In this document: positions 19,282-28,756 of the stretch, piece by piece
Position numbering within the stretch: the stretch's first letter is position 1
Layout: each line of letters begins with the position of its first letter
Virus record (IMG/VR): IMGVR_UViG_3300017917_003565
Span: 1-64,000 of that record
Source of the DNA: a virus
Length of the DNA stretch: 64,000 nt
Strand: one strand, 5' to 3'
Position numbers and translations under genes: made by a program
The notes under the pieces: model-generated
What the model saw: the letters and a program-made list of their open reading frames with translations, nothing else
Database searches by the model: none
Told to the model about the DNA's origin: nothing

Positions 19282-19971
19282 CTAGCCCGGTTTGTGATGG
19301 GAGTTTTCTAGGTATATTTTAGTCATGAGTTGCCCGGCGGCTTCATGTGCTTGTTCCAATGGGTGCCAAGCCGGAGATTCAGCATAGCCGTGAACGCGAC
19401 TCCAGTTCAGGAATGTCTGCTCTTCAAACATGGTCAGTCTGGGTTTCACATGATCCTGCAACAACTGTGTAGCCGAGGTAGAATGCCAGAGACGATCAAA
19501 CATCAGTTCGTCCATAACAGTCATCACAAATGGAATACCACGTTGGTCCAAGGTATCCATGGCCAACTTGATATAACCCAAGCTGGCAAACTTGTCACGA
19601 TATTCCGAATGCAGATGTTTATAGTAGGTCTGTGCCAGCGCGGTTTCGTCAATGGGCATGATGGTGCTCCAAGGTGTACGCTTGATCGCAGGATTGTAGT
19701 TGCTGTCATAGTGGTCAAATCGATCCATCCAGGTCCATCCGATCACAAATAGATCTGCACTGGTACTGGAATCAATCTGGTTCAACAGCCGTTCCAGTAT
19801 CTGCAGATTGCCCGATCCAGGGCGTGCATGGCATTCATATTCAAGATTGAGATTTTTGGCCAGGTGTGCTGGCCAGGTCAGCTGGCTGGGTGTGGCATAT
19901 AGTCCGTCACGCCCGTCATCGGCTAGATCTGTGCCAAAGATAAAACTACAACCAAAACTTTTGAGTTTCAT
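19282..19971 (-). CDS. SGNH-hydrolase-like protein
   Basis: FGCSFIFG block I, GSGN, WHP block V. Confidence 0.6.
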   Translation of the reverse strand: MKLKSFGCSFIFGTDLADDGRDGLYATPSQLTWPAHLAKNLNLEYECHARPGSGNLQILERLLNQIDSSTSADLFVIGWTWMDRFDHYDSNYNPAIKRTPWSTIMPIDETALAQTYYKHLHSEYRDKFASLGYIKLAMDTLDQRGIPFVMTVMDELMFDRLWHSTSATQLLQDHVKPRLTMFEEQTFLNWSRVHGYAESPAWHPLEQAHEAAGQLMTKIYLENSHHKPG

Positions 19972-20004
19972 AGGTAGTTATATACCTACAAAAAGAACAA
20001 AGCT

Positions 20005-20565
20005 CTAAATAATTCCTGCTGCGCTTTGGATAGTTTTTAGAGCTCGATCCTGAGGATCATATGTGGTCACCACCGGCAACCCAGCGGCAATACGCACTTC
20101 GTTGAGGTCCTTTTCATAACGATCACGATAGGCCTTTGGGGTCAGTGGCACGGTGCTGTCAAATGCATCGCGACTGAATGGTAGTTCTTTGTTTTTGTAG
20201 TGCATGGTCCAATCTTCGGCGCCGTCAAATTCGGTCAGGGTATTAAGATCATTCAGCAGAGTTTCCACATGTCCGCCTGCGGTGCTGCGTCGACGTATTT
20301 CTACAAACACCAGATATCTTCCGGGTTTGATCTCTCCCGGCGATCGATCAGCATCTAATACAAAGTCATAGCCCTTTTCAAACCAGTTCATGAGATCCCG
20401 GGCGGCCTGTTGGTCACGCACGAAGAAACTGATCACGATGATGTCATCGTCATCGCCCATCTTGCTGGCGAATTCATCCACATGAATGGTAGGCTTGAGC
20501 ATGCCCTCAAGATCTTTAAATCCCAGACTTTCAAATAACGGGTTGTTGGAGTTGTTGCTGTGCAT
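20005..20565 (-). CDS. Hypothetical phage protein
   Basis: 186-aa ORF, LFE near N-terminus, ends SAAGII. Confidence 0.65.
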   Translation of the reverse strand: MHSNNSNNPLFESLGFKDLEGMLKPTIHVDEFASKMGDDDDIIVISFFVRDQQAARDLMNWFEKGYDFVLDADRSPGEIKPGRYLVFVEIRRRSTAGGHVETLLNDLNTLTEFDGAEDWTMHYKNKELPFSRDAFDSTVPLTPKAYRDRYEKDLNEVRIAAGLPVVTTYDPQDRALKTIQSAAGII

Positions 20566-21112
20566 TTTGGGCCTGTTTCTCGTTTTGATAACTGTCTTTG
20601 TCTAGATCCTGCTGATAGGCATCATCTAGATCCTGTAGGTCTATGTCCTGATCTTCCAGTTCCACAGAGCCTGTGCGTATGTCGCTCATTAGACTCTTGG
20701 GCATGCTGATTTCTACCAGCCATATTTTTTTCTCGATCAGTTTGGCTTTGTGTGTGCCCGGGCGATAGTCCGAAGGATTATCAATCTTCATGGGCACTTT
20801 CATGGTGGTTTTTTTGTATTTGACTTCGCAATCAAACGGCAATAATCTACGTGCGCCACGTGGATCGGGCATGAGCTTTTCGGGCCACATGAAAATACAA
20901 TCCACACGATATTTGCTGATAACCGGGCCACTGACCAACTCACCAATCTGCCAGTTACGGAATGCGTATAAATCCAGCTCGTCTAGCACACGTTCAAAAT
21001 CTAGCAGGGTCAGCAAGCTGCCTTCGCTCATGTAGATGTCGCGGATGTTTTCAGCTACTTGCCAGTAGTCCTCGCCGTCGCGAAATATGGCTTGATCGAT
21101 GGTTTTGCTCAT
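20531..21112 (-). CDS. Hypothetical phage protein
   Basis: Start moved to MSKTID, 5 nt after TAAATA. Confidence 0.65.
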   Translation of the reverse strand: MSKTIDQAIFRDGEDYWQVAENIRDIYMSEGSLLTLLDFERVLDELDLYAFRNWQIGELVSGPVISKYRVDCIFMWPEKLMPDPRGARRLLPFDCEVKYKKTTMKVPMKIDNPSDYRPGTHKAKLIEKKIWLVEISMPKSLMSDIRTGSVELEDQDIDLQDLDDAYQQDLDKDSYQNEKQAQNAQQQLQQPVI

Positions 21113-21289
21113 GCAGTTATTTATGGTGATTTGCTGGCGACAGAGATTTGAGAAACATTCAGCCAAGCATAATACTTATCACGATTTTTAAGAAATAACT
21201 AACCACACTAAATTCTCGGATCTAACACCGTAAATATTCATGACAGCGGTCGCTGTCATTTCAACACTAACTTCTACGGAGATTTGCAC

Positions 21290-22036
21290 TTGAGTAGACA
21301 ACGAGCAGTAAAAGCACAAAGACGTCAGCAAATGACACATCAAGAAAATACCATAAGATTTGATCAGGCCCAACTACAAAAACCCAAACAACGCCCCATT
21401 GATATCGTGCCACGTACACGCAATCAAGAGCGTTTGGTTTTGGCTTTGCAGGATGCGGATCAACACATCGTGGTCACGGCGGGGCCAGCAGGAACAGGAA
21501 AAACATATCTGGCCATGCTATCTGCAGTGAAAGCGTTTAGAGCAGGTGAAGTAGATCGTATCGTGCTCACACGGCCAGCCGTGGGTGTAGAGGATGAAAA
21601 GCACGGTTTCTTGCCCGGTGATCTAAATCAAAAAATGGATCCCTGGGTACGTCCTCTGACTGATATCTTGCGTGAATATTATCGTGCGCAAGACATCGCA
21701 GAAATGATACAAGAGCAAAGAATTGAAATCGCGCCCTTGGCATTCATGCGAGGTAGGACTTTCAAAAATGCCTATATCATAGCAGATGAAATGCAGAATT
21801 CAACCCCTGGTCAGTGTTTGATGCTGATGACCCGCATTGGGTCGGGTAGCAAGATAGTGATAACTGGAGATGTCGAGCAGGCTGATCGTGCTCGTGGCCA
21901 AAATGGTCTGATTGACCTGTGCCAACGATTAGAGAAAGGGGGTGAATCAGGAATAGCAGTGTGTAACATGGATGGCCGCGATATACAGCGTCATCCTATC
22001 ATCACAAGGGTATTACATCTCTACAAAGATGTCTAG
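21290..22036 (+). CDS. phoH: PhoH-family ATPase
   Basis: GPAGTGKT, LTRPAV, GFLPG, RGRTF, DEMQN, GDVEQ, RH; probable TTG start after GGAG. Confidence 0.93.
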   Translation: MSRQRAVKAQRRQQMTHQENTIRFDQAQLQKPKQRPIDIVPRTRNQERLVLALQDADQHIVVTAGPAGTGKTYLAMLSAVKAFRAGEVDRIVLTRPAVGVEDEKHGFLPGDLNQKMDPWVRPLTDILREYYRAQDIAEMIQEQRIEIAPLAFMRGRTFKNAYIIADEMQNSTPGQCLMLMTRIGSGSKIVITGDVEQADRARGQNGLIDLCQRLEKGGESGIAVCNMDGRDIQRHPIITRVLHLYKDV

Positions 22037-22041
22037 ATAAA

Positions 22042-22689
22042 TCAAGGAGTAACCCCTGTGTCTTTCAGGGGTTCTACTGCTCGGCAAGACTGGCCTGTGA
22101 CCACTTGATAGATTTCTCTCCAGCTTTTGACTACCTGTATTCCAGGGTGATAATAGTTCATGTTGTGACCGTGCTCCAGCAACAGAGGTTTTAATCCCAC
22201 GCGATATCCGGCTTCGGCATTCTCGGGTTTGTCTTCGATCCACCAACAACCGGTGCCTTCGTATTCTTCCAGCACCTCGTCTTTGTGTGCTCCGGTGTCG
22301 ATGCACACGATACGTTCAAATGCAGTGGGCCCAAATAACTTCTGCAAGTTCATCTCGCGTAGTTTTTGGGCGTTAGGATCCAGGCTGAGACTGGTTATAG
22401 CATGAAAACGAAATCCAAATTCTTCGTGCAGGCGTTTGAGATAGTACATGGCATCACGCTGGGCCGGCAAAAAACCAATGGCAGCTGATTCATTGAATAC
22501 CTTGATCAACTTGCGTATCTGATCTTTGCTGACATTGTAGCGTAGACTCATGTCGTAACTGAGCTTGGAACCGGGTACTTCTTCAAAACCATGTTCTTGC
22601 ATCCATATATTGAACGCCCATTCCCAATCCAAGCACACTCCATCACAATCAGTGAGCACCAAACGATCTAGATTTTTCCATTTTTTCAT
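22042..22689 (-). CDS. HAD-superfamily 5'(3')-deoxyribonucleotidase-like protein
   Basis: DCDGV motif I, ITS, K, IEDK motif IV. Confidence 0.75.
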   Translation of the reverse strand: MKKWKNLDRLVLTDCDGVCLDWEWAFNIWMQEHGFEEVPGSKLSYDMSLRYNVSKDQIRKLIKVFNESAAIGFLPAQRDAMYYLKRLHEEFGFRFHAITSLSLDPNAQKLREMNLQKLFGPTAFERIVCIDTGAHKDEVLEEYEGTGCWWIEDKPENAEAGYRVGLKPLLLEHGHNMNYYHPGIQVVKSWREIYQVVTGQSCRAVEPLKDTGVTP

Positions 22690-22695
22690 ATAGAT

Positions 22696-22724
22696 ATTAT
22701 ACTGGCTAATGCTGTAGTTGTCAA
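22696..22724 (-). promoter_or_regulatory. Consensus sigma70 promoter
   Basis: TTGACA-N17-TATAAT, 6 nt before ATG at 22689. Confidence 0.85.
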
Positions 22725-23008
22725 CCGGCTGGTGCCGATTCAACTTTGATACTGACAGGATGTCCGTTTTCTTGGAACAGCCGTTCTATGGTGGCGCTGT
22801 AGTGTTGGTAATAGTAGCTCACGATACGATCCCAGTCCTTGGGTATCACTGTGCCATTCATGGTGGCCTGCAACACACGTTGGTCTTTGAAATCCAGTAT
22901 CACGCTGGCAGATTGATAGTCTTTTGTACGCAACCGTTTGGTCACAGTCATTACTTCATCAATCTTGCCAGAAGGCTTGGTAAGGTAGGTCATTATTAAA
23001 TATCTCAT
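22721..23008 (-). CDS. Hypothetical protein
   Basis: 95-aa ORF coupled to radical SAM gene. Confidence 0.6.
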   Translation of the reverse strand: MRYLIMTYLTKPSGKIDEVMTVTKRLRTKDYQSASVILDFKDQRVLQATMNGTVIPKDWDRIVSYYYQHYSATIERLFQENGHPVSIKVESAPAG

Positions 23009-24129
23009 AGTCGGTACTTTTTCATGATAGACTTGTATGTATCAAGATTTTTGGCCTTGGGAGCACAAAGTCCGCAAAAACAGTTGTATTTTTTGCACTG
23101 TATCACTGGAGCATCATCATGATCCAGTTGACGAGCCAATGTATCCAAAATACTCTGTGTGTCTGTGAGATATCCAATGGGCCCAACTGATCCTTCAAAA
23201 TTCATTTTGCAATCTTTGTTGACAAACACCTCGCCGGTGACTTGTTTGACATAAACAAAAAAATGATTTACACTACAATACCAATCCGGAAACTTGTTTT
23301 CTACATAGAAATGTCGTTGCTTGAGATTGCCATTGGTGCAAATCTGACGACCACCGCAACATGCTCGTCCTAGATCGGTAAGATTGCTGTGAGACTTATT
23401 TTGCAGTAAATCCTGGTCATGGCCATAGTTTTTGTCTTTGTACAGTTTACCAAACCACTGTACCTGTTGCTGATCATAGATTCTTTTTTCCAAGGTGCCT
23501 TGATGACCGTCTAACTGTCTTGGCAATACCGGTATGTTGTTTTGCTCTAGCCAGGTTATCATGCTGGTTGAATCTTCAAAAAGATCCTGTCGCTGATGCA
23601 TCAAAACCACACATTTCTGTCGGCGTCCCGCAGAAGCAATGGACAGGAGATTGCGTTTGAATTGTTGTTTTTGTTTGTCGCTGTTTTCAGAGTGATAACT
23701 CACAGTAAACTCATCAATCAAGGGCATGATCTTTTGTAGTTTTTTATCCGACACTATGGCATTGGTAGTAGTGGTCACAATCAGATTCCATCGATCAGCA
23801 TAGGGTATGTGACGTGCTCTTACCTGTTGCAGTATTTCCACGATGTAAGGATGATGCAGACTCTCGCCACCATAGACATTAAGAACCACATGGCGTATAC
23901 CTTTGGGCTTGGTGCGCATGTAAAGGTCCGCATAGGCAAACATAAAGTCCAGAGCGGACAAACATTGGCTCACATGAGGATGCTGGGTAGTGTTGTCATG
24001 TCCACCATAAAGACCGGTTTCACAGTAGCTGCAATCAAGATTGCATTTCATGGTCAACTCCCAATCCAGCAAAAACGTGATCCGATTGCCAGGATCTATT
24101 GCTGGTTCAAGTGCTTCAACCAAGGTCAT
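23005..24129 (-). CDS. Radical SAM enzyme with C-terminal Cys cluster
   Basis: CNLDCSYC, GGE, TTNA, SYH; C-terminal CKKYNCFCGLC. Confidence 0.85.
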   Translation of the reverse strand: MTLVEALEPAIDPGNRITFLLDWELTMKCNLDCSYCETGLYGGHDNTTQHPHVSQCLSALDFMFAYADLYMRTKPKGIRHVVLNVYGGESLHHPYIVEILQQVRARHIPYADRWNLIVTTTTNAIVSDKKLQKIMPLIDEFTVSYHSENSDKQKQQFKRNLLSIASAGRRQKCVVLMHQRQDLFEDSTSMITWLEQNNIPVLPRQLDGHQGTLEKRIYDQQQVQWFGKLYKDKNYGHDQDLLQNKSHSNLTDLGRACCGGRQICTNGNLKQRHFYVENKFPDWYCSVNHFFVYVKQVTGEVFVNKDCKMNFEGSVGPIGYLTDTQSILDTLARQLDHDDAPVIQCKKYNCFCGLCAPKAKNLDTYKSIMKKYRL

Positions 24130-25049
24130 TTGATATTGCTTAACTCACACAGCGTGGCGCTTAGATTGATTTCTTGATCAGCAACCATGGACACATTGAC
24201 CAAGCCGTTGCGTATGATAACAATGGCCTGATCCTGTTGTTCTGGATCTTTGGACCATAGATCTAGGTTATCATACATCCAACGGAATATGTCCTCGGAT
24301 TCTTCCGGGGTGCTACTCTGACACAACAAGGTACGTGCTTCACGCACTCGTCCTTCCTTGAACAGTTGCACACAGTCCAGTTTCCAGTCACCTACAGCTT
24401 TGTCAGCAGAACTAGGTGGCACCAGTTGCCCTGTGACACTGTTTTGTTGAGTCAGATTCAAACATTTCCGTAGATCTGGATAAGTGGCTCGGACATAACT
24501 GTCAAGGGTGTCAATGTCAAACTGCACACCTTCCTCTACCAATACCGTGGCCACTCGTGCAGTAAACTCCACTTGGTCAGTTTTTAAGATATGCAGTTGC
24601 TGGCACCGACTGTGTATAGGTGGAATGATCTTGTTAGGATAGTTACAGGTTAATATGAATCGCACACTGTGACTGTAGTCTTCCATGAGGTTACGCATGG
24701 CTGGTTGTACTGATTGCGGGTTCATGTAGTCGGCTTCGTCAATCAGCACAATCTTGAAATCACCATAGGGCATGGTCTGACAGAACGAAATCAACTTGTC
24801 TACCCACTCGATCTTACGAGCTTCTTTACTACCATTGGCATACATGACATCGTATTCATCTATGCCCAGTTCGTTGATTAGAACCTTGGCCAAGGTGGTT
24901 TTACCTGTGCCAGGCGATCCTGAAAACAACAAGTGCGGTATGGTTTTGTCTCGGATCCAGCTAGTGACTTGTTCGCGTTGCGCTTGATCCACGAACACAT
25001 ATTGATCGATGGTGTTTGGTCGGTATTTTTCTACCCAGAGTTGTTTCAT
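24126..25049 (-). CDS. Sliding clamp loader AAA+ subunit (RFC/T4 gp44-like)
   Basis: WVEKYRP, GSPGTGKT, IDEAD, SRC. Confidence 0.92.
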   Translation of the reverse strand: MKQLWVEKYRPNTIDQYVFVDQAQREQVTSWIRDKTIPHLLFSGSPGTGKTTLAKVLINELGIDEYDVMYANGSKEARKIEWVDKLISFCQTMPYGDFKIVLIDEADYMNPQSVQPAMRNLMEDYSHSVRFILTCNYPNKIIPPIHSRCQQLHILKTDQVEFTARVATVLVEEGVQFDIDTLDSYVRATYPDLRKCLNLTQQNSVTGQLVPPSSADKAVGDWKLDCVQLFKEGRVREARTLLCQSSTPEESEDIFRWMYDNLDLWSKDPEQQDQAIVIIRNGLVNVSMVADQEINLSATLCELSNIK

Positions 25050-25185
25050 TTTGACCTTTTGAAAAAGTTAAAGAAGTTTTTTATAACTACGAAATCAATG
25101 GCAGGATCTCGATGTGGACAACGGCCTTGGCGCCAATCGCAATCAGGTGTGGGCACTTGGTAACAGATGCTGCAACGAGACAGTT

Positions 25186-25407
25186 TTACTTTTTTAACAC
25201 TTCTATGATCCGATCCTGTTCCCATTTTTCCTCGTCTGCAAATTTTGGTAGTCTGTTGTAAGAGTCTTCTAACCAACATTTTAACTGATAAAGATCTTTT
25301 TTGCAATAGGAACTGGTCCAACCGTCGTTGTAGGGGCTGTGTATTTCGCCTAAAGTGTGCCGAATGGCTGAGTAGGCGTCATCGAGACAGGGTTTGCGGA
25401 ATCCCAT
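25186..25407 (-). CDS. Hypothetical protein
   Basis: 73-aa ORF, TGATG-coupled. Confidence 0.55.
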   Translation of the reverse strand: MGFRKPCLDDAYSAIRHTLGEIHSPYNDGWTSSYCKKDLYQLKCWLEDSYNRLPKFADEEKWEQDRIIEVLKK

Positions 25408-25556
25408 CAGCTTGGAATGATTTTTGGAAGATAAGGAACGTTCCTAGGACCGTGGCGTTGTTCCAGCAACATTCTAGCTTCGGCTAGATCTCGCGCCCAC
25501 ACACGATCCTTTTTCTCACCTTCGGGTGTTCGGACCGTGGCTTCATACATGGGCAC
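25407..25556 (-). CDS. Small hypothetical protein (49 aa)
   Basis: Manual translation (M)PMYEATVRTPEGEKKDRV...; fills the gap. Confidence 0.55.
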   Translation of the reverse strand: MPMYEATVRTPEGEKKDRVWARDLAEARMLLEQRHGPRNVPYLPKIIPS

Positions 25557-25558
25557 GA

Positions 25559-25960
25559 TCAATCTCGGCTTTGTTTGGGCACATGTACTGCTGTGCTCAT
25601 GGTATCGTCTTGAGGGCGATGTTCGCCATCTGATATCAAGAGTATGTCGTTGGGATCGATTTTTCTTATGGTGCGGCAGTGGTCAGTTTCGCCATCATCA
25701 ATGTCGACACCGCGAGTCCAACGTCCGTGCGCTACCAAAATCCATTGGCCTACCTGTACATCTTTCTGATCTTTGCCCACAGCATACACACGGCCCCATC
25801 TAGGGCGGATGCCCAGAGTGGTTCCATTGTCATTGGGCAACACCAGTCCAGATTGTGTGATACGAGTGTCGAACTCCATGTCAGAAATCAGCACATCCGA
25901 GTTGAGAGCACGGATCTGTTGCCTTGAGATTTGGTGCGGTGAGAAAGCTGGTCGATTCAT
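25559..25960 (-). CDS. GroES-like co-chaperonin
   Basis: ALNSDVLI, TQSGLVLP mobile loop, GRVYAVG, VQVG. Confidence 0.75.
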   Translation of the reverse strand: MNRPAFSPHQISRQQIRALNSDVLISDMEFDTRITQSGLVLPNDNGTTLGIRPRWGRVYAVGKDQKDVQVGQWILVAHGRWTRGVDIDDGETDHCRTIRKIDPNDILLISDGEHRPQDDTMSTAVHVPKQSRD

Positions 25961-25968
25961 GTGTGTCC

Positions 25969-26424
25969 TTAGATTTTACGTAGTCCCTGAGACTGTGCCT
26001 GCTGTCTCTGGGTTTTTTCCAGTTGTTGCTTGACTTCTCGGCTGCGGGCTATGGCTGCGGCCAAGCCACCCGGAGGAAGTTTGTCCGTAACCACCGGTGT
26101 CTGTTGCGGTGGCGCAGTACGTATCACTGGTTCTGGCTCAAACTCAACTCCGGTTTGTTCTGTGTTTTCAGGAGGATTTTTCTGCACCCTTTTGGCCTTG
26201 GTCACGCTGCTTTGTACCGGATCTGCGGACACATTGGTAGTGCGATTGAGTTGTCGTTGTATCTGGCGAGGTTTGCTTTCGATGACTCGATTTTCGCTGT
26301 CCAGTTTGTCGCCGCGTGCGTTCACGTTCATGTTTCCTACCGCACGCACATGCTCATTCTGCAACATGATTGTGCCTAGATCCACGCTTTTGCCTTGGGC
26401 ACTTTTGTAAACTTTGCTGGTCAT
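25969..26424 (-). CDS. Hypothetical protein
   Basis: 151-aa ORF with RBS and TAAATA upstream. Confidence 0.65.
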   Translation of the reverse strand: MTSKVYKSAQGKSVDLGTIMLQNEHVRAVGNMNVNARGDKLDSENRVIESKPRQIQRQLNRTTNVSADPVQSSVTKAKRVQKNPPENTEQTGVEFEPEPVIRTAPPQQTPVVTDKLPPGGLAAAIARSREVKQQLEKTQRQQAQSQGLRKI

Positions 26425-26453
26425 AATATGATTCCTTGTGATATATCTGGTAT

Positions 26454-26966
26454 TTAACGCAGAAATTCTGCGATATCTAAATTATAATATAGGCTGTTGA
26501 TACGATGTACTCCTATTTTGTACAGCACAAAACTGGCCACACTGGATCCACGTCCTACACCCCAGATTATGTTGTTGTTGGTCATGACATCCACTAGGTA
26601 TTTCATGTAGCGGAGGAGATCAAACAAGTCGCGTTCTTGATACAACAAAAGTTCTTGTCCACATCTTTGTAGTTCACTCTGTGATTCGCATTTGGACAAC
26701 ACATAGGCTGCGATGTCCAGGGTTTTGTATTCGTCGGGCATGTGCCAATGTTGTTGTTGTTGCGCATGGAACTCCGGCACCGAGCAGTTGTGGAATCGTT
26801 GTTGTACCAAGTCCGGAAGCTGATCGACAAAATCCGGCCATTTTGTGAAGTCCACGCTGTCGTCTACGATCATGCCCGACAGCGACAAAGGATCGCGTCC
26901 TTGCATGATTAGATCACAGACATCAGACTCTGAAAAAATCAACTCGCTGAACTTGTTCTGTTTCAT
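26454..26966 (-). CDS. Standalone DNA polymerase III alpha (DnaE)-like fragment
   Basis: WGVGRGSSVASFVLYKIGVHRIN matches DnaE GxGRGS segment; only 170 aa. Confidence 0.75.
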   Translation of the reverse strand: MKQNKFSELIFSESDVCDLIMQGRDPLSLSGMIVDDSVDFTKWPDFVDQLPDLVQQRFHNCSVPEFHAQQQQHWHMPDEYKTLDIAAYVLSKCESQSELQRCGQELLLYQERDLFDLLRYMKYLVDVMTNNNIIWGVGRGSSVASFVLYKIGVHRINSLYYNLDIAEFLR

Positions 26967-27562
26967 TGTTTGGGTTTGAAGTCAGCGAACACCACTATGT
27001 TACCATGTGCATCTGGCGGAGTTTCGTCGGTCCAGGATAGTTCTAGATCTCTCCAAGTAGGACCGGACTGCATGGCGACCACTTTTTCAGACTCAAACAA
27101 GTCTACATCGCTGTGTACCGAATCTGCGGTAGTCCACCAGGTGGGCCCACTGATATTCACTGTTTCTTCTGCTTCGCTGTGGAGGTAGACCATGTGCTCT
27201 CCATAGTTGCTAGATAGTTCAGTCTCTAACACTATGATCCGATCTTCCATGATAGCATTGAGTTTGTGGAACAACATTATACCAATGAGCTGATCAACTG
27301 GTTCTCCTGGTAAGGTAGTGATGTCCAGGCCAGCTTCGATTAGTTTCATGCATTGTTCCTGATTGGATCTATCAATGAATATGGTGTTGTCGATCTGAGT
27401 GTACACAAAATATTTTAATCGCTCAAATGCCACATTCTGATCTGCGGCATGTACGGTGTTGGTGTTCATCCACAGTCTTAGACTGTAGTTGCTCATGCGT
27501 AACTTTTCATCGCTGTAGAATCCAGCGGTAAAGTTCAGGTCATACTTGAGTCTAACATTCAT
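26963..27562 (-). CDS. Hypothetical protein
   Basis: 199-aa ORF coupled to the DnaE fragment. Confidence 0.65.
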   Translation of the reverse strand: MNVRLKYDLNFTAGFYSDEKLRMSNYSLRLWMNTNTVHAADQNVAFERLKYFVYTQIDNTIFIDRSNQEQCMKLIEAGLDITTLPGEPVDQLIGIMLFHKLNAIMEDRIIVLETELSSNYGEHMVYLHSEAEETVNISGPTWWTTADSVHSDVDLFESEKVVAMQSGPTWRDLELSWTDETPPDAHGNIVVFADFKPKQ

Positions 27563-27780
27563 GATATGTCAATAATGTCATCAAAGTTGTTGTCGGGATT
27601 TTTGCGTATCTTTTCTTGGTACTTGTTTTGATGGCTCTCTATGGCCATGCGTAACTGATTGCACAGATGATGATTGCCCATGCGCATGGCTATGTTCAAC
27701 TTGCGATTTAATTCAGTGATGGTCTCCAGCAGTTGCTCTGCTGTGCGATCGTCCAGATTGCCAATCAAAGGATGTTCCAT
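27559..27780 (-). CDS. Hypothetical protein
   Basis: 73-aa ORF behind a sigma70-like promoter. Confidence 0.6.
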   Translation of the reverse strand: MEHPLIGNLDDRTAEQLLETITELNRKLNIAMRMGNHHLCNQLRMAIESHQNKYQEKIRKNPDNNFDDIIDIS

Positions 27781-27826
27781 ATACAGTAAGTGTATATGAT
27801 CAAGACATCAAAGTCAATATCTTTGG

Positions 27827-28705
27827 TCAGGCAAAAGTGGCGCCGTTGTTACCAATACAGAACCATTTTGAGTTGATGTATTGGAGAGTGCAGGCTTGTC
27901 CAGTGGTAGTAAAGGTAATGGTTCCAGCGCCTCCCCAGCCCGGATTGGTCACTGTGATCACCATGTTGCCACCACTTAGATACATGGCAAATGTTTTGAT
28001 CTGTCCATTTACTCCGGCTGCCAAAGTGGCAGTCTCGCTGGCCACAGTAGTGAAGTAACTGGTGGTCAGTGCTAGATTGGCTGCTGTTGCAGAAGCCAGA
28101 TCTTCTGAGCTGTTGTTGAAAGGTTCCAGGCGTTTGTTGACTTCAACAACACGGACTGTAGCACCGCCGTTGCTGGTGGTAAACTCAAAGGTATATATAC
28201 CAGTGGTAGCAAAAGCAATCACGTTGGTCGAAGTATTGAGTCCTTGTATACCTTGTGCATTCACCGACACCGCTGCAGGCAGTGTAAGGGTATGGGCCAC
28301 GCTGGCCACGGTGACTTGTACTTGAACTGTGCCAGCGGTTCCTGCTGCTGGAAAGTTGGTAAATGCCAAGGACACTGAACCATTGGTGGTCAATGTCTGT
28401 ACACTGCCCAACTGATAGTTAATGGTAACGGAACCCGATACCGTGCCCAACGGAACCACTGTTTCGCTCATGTCCTGTAACTGAGCATTGTTCAGTATGG
28501 ACCCATTCATATCGTTGTTCAACGCTTCGCCGGTCAGTGCTGCTTTTAGCACAGCTTTGGCCTGTAGATCGCTGATCTCGTCGGCCGCATATTGGAAATT
28601 TGTGGCCGTGTTGGTAAAATTATCGCGGAATCCCTGCGAATTGTTGTCCTGTCCGGCAACCGGATAAGCGCCGTCGATGTTGTTGGGATTAATATTACTG
28701 GTCAT
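27827..28705 (-). CDS. Virion structural (tail/baseplate) protein
   Basis: YPVAGQDNNSQGFRDNF N-terminus; T/G/N-rich. Confidence 0.6.
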   Translation of the reverse strand: MTSNINPNNIDGAYPVAGQDNNSQGFRDNFTNTATNFQYAADEISDLQAKAVLKAALTGEALNNDMNGSILNNAQLQDMSETVVPLGTVSGSVTINYQLGSVQTLTTNGSVSLAFTNFPAAGTAGTVQVQVTVASVAHTLTLPAAVSVNAQGIQGLNTSTNVIAFATTGIYTFEFTTSNGGATVRVVEVNKRLEPFNNSSEDLASATAANLALTTSYFTTVASETATLAAGVNGQIKTFAMYLSGGNMVITVTNPGWGGAGTITFTTTGQACTLQYINSKWFCIGNNGATFA

Positions 28706-28756
28706 AGTTTATCCTGGGTTTACATGATTATTTATCACTAAAAATCATTGTCGTGA

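Noticed and set aside
25046-25321. 91-aa Cys-rich ORF
   Set aside because: Overlaps 25186-25407 heavily and the start is unclear; only the 3' half may be coding
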